Positions 41,261 through 54,825 of a stretch of DNA of 64,000 bases are shown here, one piece after another. The notes beneath the pieces were generated by a model. That model did no database searches and was not told the DNA's origin. It saw nothing but the letters and a program-made list of their open reading frames with translations. Numbering within the stretch: the stretch's first letter is position 1; every line of letters begins with the position of its first letter. A program made the translations under genes and the position numbers. The stretch spans positions 56,606,001-56,670,000 of the forward strand of contig NC_043013.1 in NCBI RefSeq assembly GCF_006345805.1. The letters run 5' to 3'. The stretch comes from Octopus sinensis (lineage: Eukaryota).

Positions 41261-41635
41261 GAAGCATGGTTCCAGGTTCAGTTCCACTGTGTGGCACCTT
41301 GGGCAAGTGTCTTCTACTGTAACCTCAAGGTGACCAAAGCCTTGTGCATGGATTTGATAGATGGAAACTGAAAGAAGCCCTTTCTGTGTGTGTGTGTGTG
41401 TGTGGTGTGTGTGTGTGTATGTATGTATGTATGTATGTCTTTGCATGTGTTTGTCCCCCCCCCACACCACCTGACAACCAGTGTTGGTGTGTTTACATCC
41501 CTGTAACTTACCCAACAAAAGAGACCAGTAGAAGAAAATACCAGGCTTGAAAGAAATAAAGAACTGCCATCAATTCATTTGACTTAAAATTCTTCAAGGC
41601 ATGCTTGCATTCTAATGACTAAAACAAGTAAAACG
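41005..41635 (+). mobile_element. S1 SINE interrupted by the inverted templated segment
   Basis: Head gctgtgtggtaagaagc (to 41043) resumes at 41257 gtaagaagcatggttccaggttcag; rest matches the other S1 copies. Confidence 0.8.
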
Positions 41636-43125
41636 GAAAACAAAAAAAAAAGAAAGAAAAAGCCTTTGTTAAAAACTTAAATCTTGGTTAAATCTCTGAT
41701 ATAATTAATGTTGTGCACGAAATTTGATTTAAGAATGGGATATAAAAAGTTATATTTCAATAAATGTGTAGGTGTACGCAATGAAACCCTGAATTAACAG
41801 AATTAATCATCTCATAGAATCTGAAATTGTATTGTTCTAGTGTAATAAGTATGTTATGTTTGTAAGTTAACGAAGAATAATCAAAGAAAAATAATAATTA
41901 ATACCAGACTGGCGGTGGTAGCACTTGAGAAAGTACAGACGTTTCAATCAGTTTATAATGAAAGATGAAACTACAATACAGTTAATAAAAGTTAATAAAA
42001 TCGTGTATTTATATATAAATCAATAATAATTATGTTGAGAAGACAAAGTTGTCATCAGAAAGTAAAGCTGGAAATCAAAGAATGCGTATAGAATGGTAAA
42101 ATAAGACCATCTTTGGGTTACGGTTAGTACTTTAATAATTGGTATAAAATGAAAATAAATATTGACTGATGTTATTTTAAACTTGCACTATTTTCCATAA
42201 AACAACCTAAAAATATGAACGAAAATATACACATGTATACATACATACACATGCATACATACACATATATACATACATTCAAACATACATATATACCTAC
42301 ATACATATATACATACATACATTCAAACATACATATATACCTACATACATATATACATACATACATTCACACATACATACATACATACATACATACATAC
42401 ATACATACACTCACACACATACATAAGAGTAAGTAAGTATGGCTGTGTGGTTAAGAAGTTTGTTTCTCAACCATTCAGTTTGCACTGCCCTTTGTATAAG
42501 TATCATCCTTCTCCTCATCCTTAACATCAGCATCCCCATCATCATTTAACGTCCATCTTCGATGCCGGCATGGATTGGACAGTTTGACCAGAGCCACACT
42601 AGGCCCCATTGTCCACTTTGACTTGGTTTCTCTTCAGCTGGATGTCCTTCCTGATGCTAACCACTTTACAGAGTGCACTGTGTGCTTTTCATATGGCACC
42701 AGTACCAGTATGGTTGCCAAGTAACTTGCAAGATGATTGAGGGAGTGGAGCCAAGGGAAGTGGCTTGGTGCCAGGGGAGAGGTTAGACAATAATAGAGGA
42801 ATAGAGAGAGGTGCCTTAATATAGAGGGAATAGTTGGCCACCCCGATAGGAGAAGAAAGGAGAGCAAGGAGAGACAGAGTTGTAGGGGAATATAAAAAGA
42901 CAGAGTGAGTGAGTGAGAGAAAGAGAGAGAAACTGGCTCTATAAGTGTCTTCTGGCATAATCTTGGGTCAACCCATGACTTGTGAGTGAATTTGCTTTAT
43001 AGAAATTCTACTAACACACACACACACATCTACAGGTAGTTACTGAGATATTTAAAAAAGCAATCACATGTAATTATTTGCTTTCATATATATCTTTAAA
43101 TGTGGGATTGTGTGTATGTATGTTT

Positions 43126-46020
43126 GTGTGTGTGTGTGTGTGCATCTTTATTTGTAAATTTGTAAAACATTCAATAATAAAAAAGAGACCAAAAGTGGAT
43201 TTGAAGAAAGAATTTACATTAAGAATAGAATGGTGAAAATTATGAAGGAAACAAAGAGTAGAATTGGTTCCATGTTTAGCAAACTGCCTCAGGTGTAATA
43301 GAAAACAACATCGTTGCGGTTCCCTTTACCTGTGTGTCCCAGTAAGAAAATATTTCATGAAATGAAGCCAAAATACAACACAATTTTGTATTTCTTTGGC
43401 TTTTGTTCATCACATCTATTTATTTTATTGTTTTTCTTTATTTATTGTTATATTTATAGTTTTTGATTAATTTAAAGATTTTTATGCCTGTTGGGATTGA
43501 CTGGACTCTTGGAGGGTGGTCTAGGGAGAATTAGGAAACAAGCTATGAACATTGGAATGGTAGTTGTTGTGATGGTGATGGTAGTGTTGGTGGTGGTATT
43601 GTGGTGGTAGTGATGATGAAGGAGGAAGAGCAAGGAGGAAGAGCAAGGAGGAAGAAGAAGGAGGAAGAGCAAGGAGGAAGAGCAAGGAGGAAGCAGAAGG
43701 AGGAAGAGCAAGGAGGAAGAGCAAGGAGGAAGAAGAAGGAGAAGAGCAAGGAGGAAGAACAAGGAGGTAATATTTATTAAGTGAAGAAGTTGTAAACTCA
43801 AATGTGCAGACATTTCCTTTTCTTGTTTTTTGGTTTATATTTTCAAACTGTAAACTAAAGTCTGTTGAATCATCTCTATTCCTTTCACCCCTCCATGTAC
43901 GATCTTGGACTGACCCAAGATATCAATACTACACTGCTATTGATACATGCAATTAAATTTTCCTCTTATGGATATTATCATAATATATAAACAATGCCCC
44001 AGCATGGCCACTCAATGTCCAGTGAATGAAACCAGTAATAAAAGACTAAAAGAATTCTCCCAAGTAAGAAATCAATATTTGAATCTGTGCAAACGTATTC
44101 CAGCTTTGGTACCAAGAAATACCAAAACTTATAATGGAAAGAAAATAGAAGCCTTTCCTGAAGTTATTCTTTCCGAGATTTCTAATAGTTTTGAAAGGAA
44201 ACTGATCGATGGCGATACCTTAGAGAGGTTCTTCGACAATAAATTAATGTCTGATCTTTCATATTGCAATGACCTGAGGTGATTGCATCAGGGGGTTGTG
44301 AGAGAGTGAGGGGTGAGGCAATTATTTATTACAAATTCATTATGAAGAAAATGGTAGATATCAAAATATCAGACACTTATGAGTGGGGGGAAGGGAGGAG
44401 AACATGTGGCGTATCGATGGCCACTCAGTGATTGCCACCACTTTACAACCAAGTGGTTCTGGGTTCGATCCTGTTGTGTGCCACCTTTTACTACTGTAGC
44501 CCTTGGGAGTGGATTTGGCAGAGGGAAACAGAAAGAAGCCTGCTGTGTGTGTGCGTGTATATATATATACATGTGTGTGTGTGTGTGTGTGTGTGTGCAT
44601 CTTTATTTGTAAATTTGTAAAACATTCAATAATAAAAAAGAGACCAAAAGTGGATTTGAAGAAAGAATTTACATTAAGAATAGAATGGTGAAAATTATGA
44701 AGGAAACAAAGAGTAGAATTGGTTCCATGTTTAGCAAACTGCCTCAGGTGTAATAGAAAACAACATCGTTGCGGTTCCCTTTACCTGTGTGTCCCAGTAA
44801 GAAAATATTTCATGAAATGAGGCCAAAATACAACACAATTTTGTATTTCTTTGGCTTTTGTTCATCACATCTATTTATTTTATTGTTTTTCTTTATTTAT
44901 TGTTATATTTATAGTTTTTGATTAATTTAAAGATTTTTATGCCTGTTGGGATTGACTGGACTCTTGGAGGGTGGTCTAGGGAGAATTAGGAAACAAGCTA
45001 TGAACATTGGAATGGTAGTTGTTGTGATGGTGATGGTAGTGTTGGTGGTGGTATTGTGGTGGTAGTGATGATGAAGGAGGAAGAGCAAGGAGGAAGAAGA
45101 AGGAGGAAGAGCAAGGAGGAAGAGCAAGGAGGAAGCAGAAGGAGGAAGAGCAAGGAGGAAGAAGAAGGAGGAAGAGCAAGGAGGAAGAACAAGGAGGTAA
45201 TATTTATTAAGTGAAGAAGTTGTAAACTCAAATGTGCAGACATTTCCTTTTCTTGTTTTTTGGTTTATATTTTCAAACTGTAAACTAAAGTCTGTTGAAT
45301 CATCTCTATTCCTTTCACCCCTCCATGTACGATCTTGGACTGACCCAAGATATCAATACTACACTGCTATTGATACATGCAATTAAATTTTCCTCTTATG
45401 GATATTATCATAATATATAAACAATGCCCCAGCATGGCCACTCAATGTCCAGTGAATGAAACCAGTAATAAAAGACTAAAAGAATTCTCCCAAGTAAGAA
45501 ATCAATATTTGAATCTGTGCAAACGTATTCCAGCTTTGGTACCAAGAAATACCAAAACTTATAATGGAAAGAAAATAGAAGCCTTTCCTGAAGTTATTCT
45601 TTCCGAGATTTCTAATAGTTTTGAAAGGAAACTGATCGATGGCGATACCTTAGAGAGGTTCTTCGACAATAAATTAATGTCTGATCTTTCATATTGCAAT
45701 GACCTGAGGTGATTGCATCAGGGGGTTTGTGAGAGAGTGAGGGGTGAGGCAATTATTTATTACAAATTCATTATGAAGAAAATGGTAGATATCAAAATAT
45801 CAGACACTTATGAGTGGGGGGAAGGGAGGAGAACATGTGGCGTATCGATGGCCACTCAGTGATTGCCACCACTTTACAACCAAGTGGTTCTGGGTTCGAT
45901 CCTGTTGTGTGCCACCTTTTACTACTGTAGCCCTTGGGAGTGGATTTGGCAGAGGGAAACAGAAAGAAGCCTGCTGTGTGTGTGCGTGTATATATATATA
46001 CATGTGTGTGTGTGTGTGTG
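43126..46020. repeat. Near-perfect tandem duplication, 2 x ~1.44 kb
   Basis: 43126-44580 vs 44581-46020; identical 111-aa ORFs at 43947 and 45377; breakpoints in (TG)n; differences are a ~25-bp GAG-rich repeat indel, one substitution and one 1-bp indel. Confidence 0.97.
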
Positions 46021-46356
46021 GTTAGCATGTCAAGCTTAGTGGTTAGCAATATCAAGTTCATGGTTGTAATGTCATGAGTTCAATTCCCAGCATCACATTG
46101 CGTCCTTGGGCAAGACACTTTATCTCACATTGCTCCAGTCCACTCAAATGGGCAAAATGAGTTGTACCTCTAATTCAAAACGGCTGGCCTTGCCACAGTG
46201 TCATGCTGAATAACCCCAACAACTAGGAAGAGTATGCATATCTGTGGGGTACTCAGCCACTTGCATGTTAATTCTACGAGCAGTCTCTTCCATTGACCAA
46301 ATCAATTGGAAAACACATCATGGCAACAGCCAATAGAGCACCCAGCTATGTGTGTG

Positions 46357-46700
46357 AAAGTGCATGGCTCAGTAGTTAGAGTGTCAGGCTCACAACTGAT
46401 GAGGTCATGAGTTCAATTCCCAGACCAGGCTGTGTGTTGTGTTCTTGAGCAAGACACTTTATTTCATGTTGCTCCAGTTCACTCAGCTGTAGAAATGAGT
46501 TGTGACGTCATGGGTGCCAAGCTGTATCGGCCCCTTTGCCCTTCCCTTTGATAACATCAGTGGTGTGGAGAGGGGAGGCTCGTATACATGGGAGACTGCT
46601 GGTCTGCCATAAACAACCTTGCCTGGACTTGTGCCTTGGAGGGGAACTTTCTAGGTGCAATCCCATGGTCATTCAAGACTGAAGGGGGTCTTTACCCTTT
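46357..46700 (+). mobile_element. tRNA-derived SINE with V-domain-like core
   Basis: A box tggctcagtagtt, B box gagttcaattcc, then gttcttgagcaagacacttt...ccagttcactcagctgt. Related elements at 46020-46340 and 59940-60240. Confidence 0.65.
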
Positions 46701-46717
46701 TCTATATTATATATACA

Positions 46718-46912
46718 CAGAGAGTTCATAAAATAATGCTTACAATTTGAAGCTGTGTGTAACCAATGGATCTCATGGGGAAGTGTTCTGATGTTTCTAA
46801 TAAAACATTATTTCTTTGCCTTTGTTTCCCAAAAAACTCTGCTGAGTTATACTTAATTTTTTTTTATTCTGAATTATTTCAAATTGTAAAAGTAAGTTAT
46901 AGACTCATTCTG
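46718..46912. mobile_element. Possible Tc1-type MITE
   Basis: Decayed TIRs cagagagttcata...ttacaatttgaa / ttcaaattgtaa...gactcattctg between TA-rich flanks. Confidence 0.45.
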
Positions 46913-46913
46913 T

Positions 46914-46914
46914 T

Positions 46915-46947
<33 letters not shown>

Positions 46948-47095
46948 GAGTGTATTTTTACCTTGTTAACAATTAACACGGAAAAATAAATAAATAGTTA
47001 CCAGGGCAGCAAAAATAGTATCAGTGGAATTTTCGAAACATGTGTCGAAAGTAAAAATACTTGTTAAACCTGCGTTAACTCCATTTTTTATTCAT

Positions 47096-47140
<45 letters not shown>

Positions 47141-47310
47141 GAGTGTATTTTTACCTTGTTAACAATTAACACGGAAAAATAAATAAATAGTTACCAGGGC
47201 AGCAAAAATAGTATCAGTGGAATTTTCGAAACATGTGTCGAAAGTAAAAATACTTGTTAAACCTGCGTTAACTCCATTTTTTATTCATATATATATATAA
47301 TATATATATA
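46914..47310. repeat. Tandem duplication, period 193 bp, bounded by (TA)n
   Basis: aaatagatgagtgtatttttacc...ccatttttattcat at 46940-47095 and 47133-47288. Confidence 0.93.
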
Positions 47311-47690
47311 TATGAATGTTTTGCTTAATGAGTAGATATCAAAATATCAGACACTTATGAGTGGGGGGAAGGGAGGAGAACATGGCTCTATAGATATTAG
47401 AGCATTTATAGATATTTATCTATCTATAAATGGTCTAATATCTATAGAGCCTTGGTTTTTTTTTATCTCATTACGCAAAAAAATCTTATATACACCTGCT
47501 GACATAGAACCAACGTTGAACCCTTTATTCGTAAAATTACCGAATCTGGAACTTAACTATGGTCTGTCTATAGCACTTATTCAGAGAAAGAGAGAGAGAG
47601 AGAGAGATAGACAGATAGTTTTAAATGTGTCTTTGTGAGTTGTTGTATATTGGTATAAGCATACAAGTGTACAAAGAGATATGTGTGTGT

Positions 47691-47722
<32 letters not shown>

Positions 47723-48036
47723 AGAGAGTGTTCATTTGTGTCTCCATGTTTTGACATCCCATTGAAGCTGTAAGCAAATACCTCCATCGTACAAATGGTG
47801 GTCTTCATTTGTCATCGTCAGTGACAGCATCTCCAGATTTTGAACTGTTCATGTTCAAGAGATTAGTGAAATATTACATGCTCAAATACTGTTAAAGGTT
47901 GGCAACAGGAAGAGGGTCAAGCCATAAGAGATCTGCCTCTTAGAATTTTAGCTGACACAAGCAAACATAGAAAAGTGGGTGTTAAAACAAGAATGTGAAA
48001 AACTATAGATGTATGCATGTAAGTATGTATACATAT

Positions 48037-48294
48037 ATCATCACCACCACCATCACCATCATCCTCATCATCATCATCATTATCATCTTTATTATCATTA
48101 TCATCATCATCATCATCATCATCGTCATTCTCATCCTCATCATCATCGTCATTATCATCTTCATCACCACCACCACCATCATCATCATCATCACCACCAC
48201 CACCACCATCATCATCACCATCATTATCATCATCCTCATCACCACCACCACCATCATCATCATCATCACCATCATTATCATCATCCTCACCACC

Positions 48295-48325
<31 letters not shown>

Positions 48326-48348
48326 CCATCATTATCATCATCCTCATC

Positions 48349-48379
<31 letters not shown>

Positions 48380-48405
48380 CCATCATTATCATCATCCTCA
48401 CCACC

Positions 48406-48436
<31 letters not shown>

Positions 48437-48468
48437 CCATCATTATCATCATCCTCATCACCACCACC

Positions 48469-48499
<31 letters not shown>

Positions 48500-48558
48500 C
48501 CATCATCTCATCCTCCACCTCATCATCAGCAGCAGCTTCAGCATCATCATCATCATCA
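48037..48558. repeat. (CAT/CAC)n array, ~520 bp, with ~57-60-bp higher-order unit, attached to an RTE-type tail
   Basis: Unit catcattatcatcatcctca(t/c)caccacc... recurs; abuts ttaacaatctcctttcatgttggcatgag at about 48560. Confidence 0.95.
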
Positions 48559-49081
48559 CTTAACAATCTCCTTTCATGTTGGCATGAGCTTGGATGGTTT
48601 GACAGGAGCTACCAAAGTCAGAGGGTTGCATCAAGCTCTACCATCATCTATGGCTTGGATTCTCTGGCTGGATGCCCTTCCTAATGCCGACCACTTTACA
48701 GAGTGTGCACTGGGTGAATTTTACATGGCACCGACAGCAGTGAGGTCACCAAGTAACTTGTACGACAAGATCTTTCAACTGATGCTGGGGACACAGTATT
48801 GAGGGACGTGGCTTTGTGCCAGATGAGGAGAGATTAGAGTATGAAAAGAAGGAGAGAAATGGGTTGCAGTAGAAGAAATCCATGACTATGTTAGTTGGAA
48901 AAAGAATGGAGAGGAAGGGAGAGGAGGGAAAGAAGAGACGTACATCTCTTTTATATACATCTGCATTAACTTTCTCATTGATAATGCCTTTCTTTATAAA
49001 TGCACAAAGGGAACTGAAATTAAGGAAGGATCGGAAAATGTTAGATTTATTAGCCCTAAAATTCACTCCATAAATCCCCAC

Positions 49082-49378
49082 GGGCATATGGCATAGTGGT
49101 TAAGTGCATGGGCTACTAACCCCAAGATTCCGAGTTTGATTTCAAGCAGTGACCTGAATAATAATAATAATTATAATAACCATGATAATAATAATATAAT
49201 AATAATAATAATGTCAAAAAAAATACCTTAGGAATGAGAACCCAGGTTTGAAATTTCCCCAAGGCACCTGATGAAGGCTGGAGAGTATATCAGCCGAAAT
49301 GTTGTGTTAACAACAAACAAGATGAGGACAAATATCTGTCAAATATAAATAATGTAAATCCCTTAAGTATAGAATTGT
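49082..49378 (+). mobile_element. tRNA-headed SINE with internal (AAT)n and a 3' hammerhead-like motif
   Basis: A box tggcatagtgg 49089-49099, B-box-like gagtttgatttc 49132-49143, (AAT)n 49157-49212, hammerhead motif 49263-49308. Confidence 0.7.
49263..49308 (+). ncRNA. Minimal type-I hammerhead ribozyme-like motif
   Basis: ggcac CTGATGA a ggctg-gagagtatat-cagcc GAAA tgtt gtgtt: perfect 5-bp stem II; stem I ggcac/gtgtt. Confidence 0.65.
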
Positions 49379-52300
49379 AATTTTTTTGCCAAATAAATTG
49401 CACTCGATATCTGATGCTGCAATGAAGCCATAAGCCATTATTCAGGTACTCAACAGATGAGTCCACTGTATCTTATCACAGAAACAGCTGTAAACTAATG
49501 AAGTTCAAAAGGGGATCAAAAACAAACAATGTGCAGGTGCAAAATTAAAAATATAACATGTCAACAATATACCCATTGCAACCTGTATATGTATGTGTGT
49601 GTATGATATATATATATATATAGAGATGTGTGTGTGTGTGTAGCCTGCAGTTCATTTATCTGAAAACGAAGCACACTCAAAAGCATTAAAGCTGTAATAC
49701 ATTTTTTAGGGAGTTAAAAGTCATGGCTGATCATAGAGCAGCCATTGGGTTCACAATATAGGCAACTCATGAGACTCAAATGGCTGGAAGTGAATAACCT
49801 CTCTAGAACTGGAGGAAGAAATATACAGTGGTAAGTTGGCTTTGCAAACAAACACTAATTGCCCATGCTGCAGCATGGGGTTAGCAGGATGGGGTTATCC
49901 CCTTACATCAGCCCCAACCTGGTCACTCCTAACTTCCTAAAAAATCTATATATAGATAAGTATGTATGTGTATGTAGCTATGTATATGTGTATGCATATA
50001 TCAGAAGAAAAGCCACAGGTTTATCTGTCTATACGTGGCAATTAAAAGAGAGACATGTATGGAATAAATAATAAAACATGGTGGGGCAATCATGCAGAGA
50101 GAAACCATGCCTATACTATTATTATATTCATAATATTTACAGCACATTTTCCACCTGCAGTTTATAGATATGGCCATTCTATCATAGTCAGATAAATTTA
50201 TTGCATTATAAAACCATGACAGACAAAATAAATTAATAGCAGCTCATTCATGAGGGGGAAAAATGACAGAATCTGTTATTTAAGAAGATATCTCATCTGT
50301 TCATATTGTTCAGTAAGAAAAAACTGTCAGTGGTAATTTAAATTATTCAGTAATGTGTAAGTTTTTGAAATGACTTCCTGTATGAGAATAGAACTTTATA
50401 TTATAGAGACTTTGTCATTTTGATTGCCATATGTTTAAATAAACAATAGATCCCTTTTGATATTATCTGCATTCAAGGGAATCACAAAACCAAAAGGTTA
50501 AAAGACGGGAGTTGAAGGGATTAATTGATGTGAGAAGTGGGTAGGGTGCAGTCACACATTAATAAGAACAACTGACTGGAGGTGTCAACCCTTTCACTAG
50601 CCATTGCCCAGTTCACAGACAGCACTCGTCTGAAGCAGGAGAACATTTGCATATTAGAATTTTTTAAAAAATGAAAAAAGTAATTGATGAGAGGAAAAAG
50701 TCTGGCTATAAAATACTGCTTGGTATAATACTCCATCGAAATTCACACTACAATACAAAACAAAATGAACAGACACACACACACACACACACACGTGCAC
50801 TCACACACATATGCACACATGCACGTATACACATAAACACACACACGCACATACATACACACACATACACCTGCACACACTTACACACATATGCAGACAT
50901 GCATGCATACACACACACACATACATATGTCAATTGCATGTCATCATGGAAAGCAAAATGTTGATGATGATGATGATGACGTTGATGATGATGGTGGTGG
51001 TAGTGGTGGTGATGATAATGATGTTGATGGTCATACACACATACATACATACATAGCAAAGTTTCTTTATTCATAGGAATCTGATTCTTCAGTTGTCACT
51101 CCTCTATCATTATTCCATGTATTTTTTCCGTGTATCGTATTCTGTAATCACCAGGTTTAAAAGAAAGTAATAAAATATGAGAGATTAAAGAATTATGTTT
51201 TTGTTTTTGGCCTTTTTTTTGTTTTTAAAAATATTTAGTTTTACATTTGCTTGATTTATGGTTAATTTGTATTTTCAATCTTTTACTGATTGGCAAACAT
51301 CTTGTAATGCATGATGGAAATAAAAGTATTGATTAGATTCTGGGGACTGAGTTTTTGAATTCTTGCTGAAGGGATTATATTAGCATCAAGGAAGTAAACA
51401 AACAAACAAACAAATAGACTTGAGTTATATATTATGATAATATAGAAAAGAAAAACAAGGCAAGGAACAAAACCCACACACACAAAAAATTAATTTTCGG
51501 TAAAAATAATTTGTCTCAAGCTGAGCAAAATGATAAAATAAATTTGCCTCTCTAAACTTCTAATTATTTCAATTTCTTTTTTCTTTTTTTTTTTGATTTT
51601 CAAACTTTGAATAATATCATTATGTCTAAAAAAGATGGTTTTTGTTTTCATCTTGGCTATTTCAAAATTACTTCTGCCAGAAAACAGAAAATAATTTTCA
51701 AGAAGAAAGAAAATACATTTGGCTTGTATTTATTTGTTTGTTTATTTATTTTACATATTTCTTTTTTCTCTCTCTTCTCTACCACTTCTCTTTCTTTCTT
51801 TCCTTCTTTCCTTATCTCTGTATGTGTGTGTATATATACGTATATATATAAACATATATATATATATATATATACATACATATACATACATACACATATG
51901 TATGTAGTTATATAATTCTCTCTCTTTCTCCCTCTGCCTCTCCTTCCTGTTGCTCAATGACTGATAATTTCTTTTGGACAAAACATAACAAAGTAATTAC
52001 TGGATGGCAACATAGATCAGCATTTGGGATTCAAGTAATTTAGTCAAATTTTTGACTTGGTAATGGTTTTCGGGCAGAAACTAAACAGAATAGACATACT
52101 GTGTTTTACTTATTATACAGAGCAAAATAAAAATCTGTGTTGCTTCCAAGATGGCTACTGGAAAATCTCTTTCTTGCTGATCTGATTTCATTGTCAATGA
52201 CATGTGAAAGTGGGCAAACGACTATTACCTGTAAAAGATATTACAGGTATGTTATTGCAAAGAGGGAAATTGGAGCCATTTGATTAGGATGTTTACTGTG

Positions 52301-52422
52301 TTGCTAAATAGTTTTTATTTTTATGATGTGTCTGTGCAGTGTATTAGGTAAGTCCTTTCTAACAGCAATAGTTGATGCATTCTTGGTTGATGGAAATTAT
52401 GCAATAGCCTCTTACACATATT

Positions 52423-52458
<36 letters not shown>

Positions 52459-52502
52459 CACATACATACACTTATATATGTGTGCGTGTGTGTGCATGAA
52501 TG

Positions 52503-52540
<38 letters not shown>

Positions 52541-52797
52541 ATATATATATAATGTGTGTGTGCATGAATGTGTGTATATATATATTATATATATAAATAT
52601 TTTTTGTACAAGATTTTTTTATGTGAAGTCGTGTGTTGAAACAGATATTGTTATATTTCGGAATGGTCATTTTGCCAGTTTAGCCAATAAAAACACACGC
52701 ACTATATATTTGGTATTATCTTGCTTCAGTGTTATTTATTTTTTACATTAATCTTAATCTTATTTCAGCCAGAGTTCTTTCGTCACACTCCTGTGAC

Positions 52798-54387
52798 CAC
52801 ATCGATCGACGTGGTTTTTGTGGCGGAGAAGTGCATGGAGATGATCAATGAGAGCAAGGTGGAGTTCCGCAATGTCAACACAGAGGAACAGGGCCTCCTA
52901 CTTAGACTGACTTATGACAACGAATACCAAGATAAACATAATCTTAGTAGTTTCTGCCCCAGTAGACGTTTAAGAGGTAGACCACCCACAATTACTTCTA
53001 TAGCTAGGACGACCCATACAGAAAGATGGAGTGGATGGACCAGAGCCATACGGAGCCCCGCAAATGTCCATCAGGTAAAGAAAATGATCGCACATGCACT
53101 AGGAGCTAGTATAAGAGTTACCCTAAAAGGCCACACGTTTAAGTTTAACAATAAAATATATGCCAAGGCGAGGGGGCAGTCATCGGCATTAGTATCGCTG
53201 GGGATGTGGCCAACCTTTTCATGGTATGTTGGGACAGAAGGCTTAAAGAATGACTAACACAGAACTCCATACTCGTAAACATGTACTCTCGCTATGTTGA
53301 TGATATCAACATAGTAGTAAAAGCACCCCCACAAGAGAGTAATGTTGATATAGTAATAGAAACTAATACTATGGAGAGCATCCAGCAAATAGCTAACTCC
53401 ATCCACCAAAGGATTAAGGTCACAATAGACTACCCCACTAAACAACCCAACCATAGACTATCAGTACTAGACACAGAACTCTAGCTAGAAACTGTGAATA
53501 ATAAAACCCAAATCCTTCAATCGTACTATGCCAAACATATGGCCTCAAAATACTTGATCCACCGGAACTCAGCAATTGCAGACAATGCCAAATTCAATAT
53601 TTTGATGGCAGACCTCATCAGAATAATGAGACACATACAGTATTTCATTCACCGCATGCAATTCTCAGGTTACAGCCATAAAGAAAGGATCAGAGTATAC
53701 AAAGGAGCCATGAAGAAATTTGATAATATATTATGTAATGATAGGAATGAGATTTGCCCACTCTATAGGAACAAGTCATGGAACACTATAGAAAGGACAA
53801 AAAAGAAAATAGGGAAGGCCAACTCTTGGTATGATAGCCATAAATACCAGAATGTCATGTTCGTTGACACCACCCCTGGAGTTGAACTGGCGTACCGCTT
53901 TAGAAGGACCCTAGACAAACTTAAGTTAAGGATGAAGGTTGTTGAAAAACCAGGCAACCCTATCAAATCTATAATCGGTAGAACCTACCCTTTTAGTAGA
54001 AGCCCCAGTATAGATAAGTACTGTACTGTATGTAGATTTAGCCCACAAACAAACTGTAAAGCCAGAAATGTAGTCTATAGTATAAGATGTATAGAGGGAC
54101 GATGCAGTAACAAGACAATGACATACGTAGGGGAAATGGCCAGAAGCATAGGAGAGCGGGTGAATGAACATTGGAGACAACTCAAGGAAGGTAAAAGCTC
54201 ATCGATTCTGAACCAACACGCCGAACAGGAACACGGGGTATCAATCAACAACATAGAAATTAAAATATTGTCCACACATAGAACAGATGCAACAATCAGA
54301 CAAATTACAAAAGCTACAAACATACTAGAAAATAAACCTAGCCTGAATAGGAAACTAGAATGGAACACTAGCACACACAACATATGA
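52798..54387 (+). pseudogene. Penelope-like RT plus C-terminal GIY-YIG endonuclease, disrupted
   Basis: FKFNNKIY..Q.EGAVIG (frameshift near 53163), YSRYVDDI, LSVLDTEL, Cys-rich linker CTVC...C, NVVYSIRC...YVGEMARSIGERVNEH...H...H...LNRK; in-frame stops at 53251 and 53482. Confidence 0.92.
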
Positions 54388-54825
54388 CGATAGAGGATCC
54401 CCATAAACTGGTTACAATATAAACAAAACCGAAAACATAATAAATAAATAAACAAATAGAAATAGATAACTATATAAGTTTTTTTTTTTAATTTAAAAGA
54501 TATTTTATTTATTTATTATTATTATTACTAGTATTGTTGTTATACATACATACATACAAGCATATGTAATGATAATAATAAGTGGATGTAAACACATGAA
54601 CAAAATAAGAATAAACAAAAACAACAACAACAAGAACAAATTACATGAACATATATAAACAGAAGATACAAATATTACAGGCATCCCCCCACCCCCCCCA
54701 CACACACTAAATAAACATAGATGCACATAGAGATATAAGCATGCGCAAATGAAGACATACAATAGAAATACAAAATGGCTGATGGTTAGTAAGGAGAGAC
54801 ACAAATACGAAAGAAGAAAACAAAG

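Noticed and set aside
43947-45712. Identical 111-aa ORF present twice
   Set aside because: Explained by the tandem duplication; partly SINE tail sequence; no recognisable domain.
49082-49155. Possible tRNA gene (also 46360-46430 and 33770-33832)
   Set aside because: Acceptor and T stems are degenerate and each runs into a SINE body.
53251-53253. In-frame TGA in the PLE RT as selenocysteine
   Set aside because: Context (RLKE*LTQ) is not a Cys-type position and fits CGA>TGA decay; the ORF also has a TAG and a frameshift.
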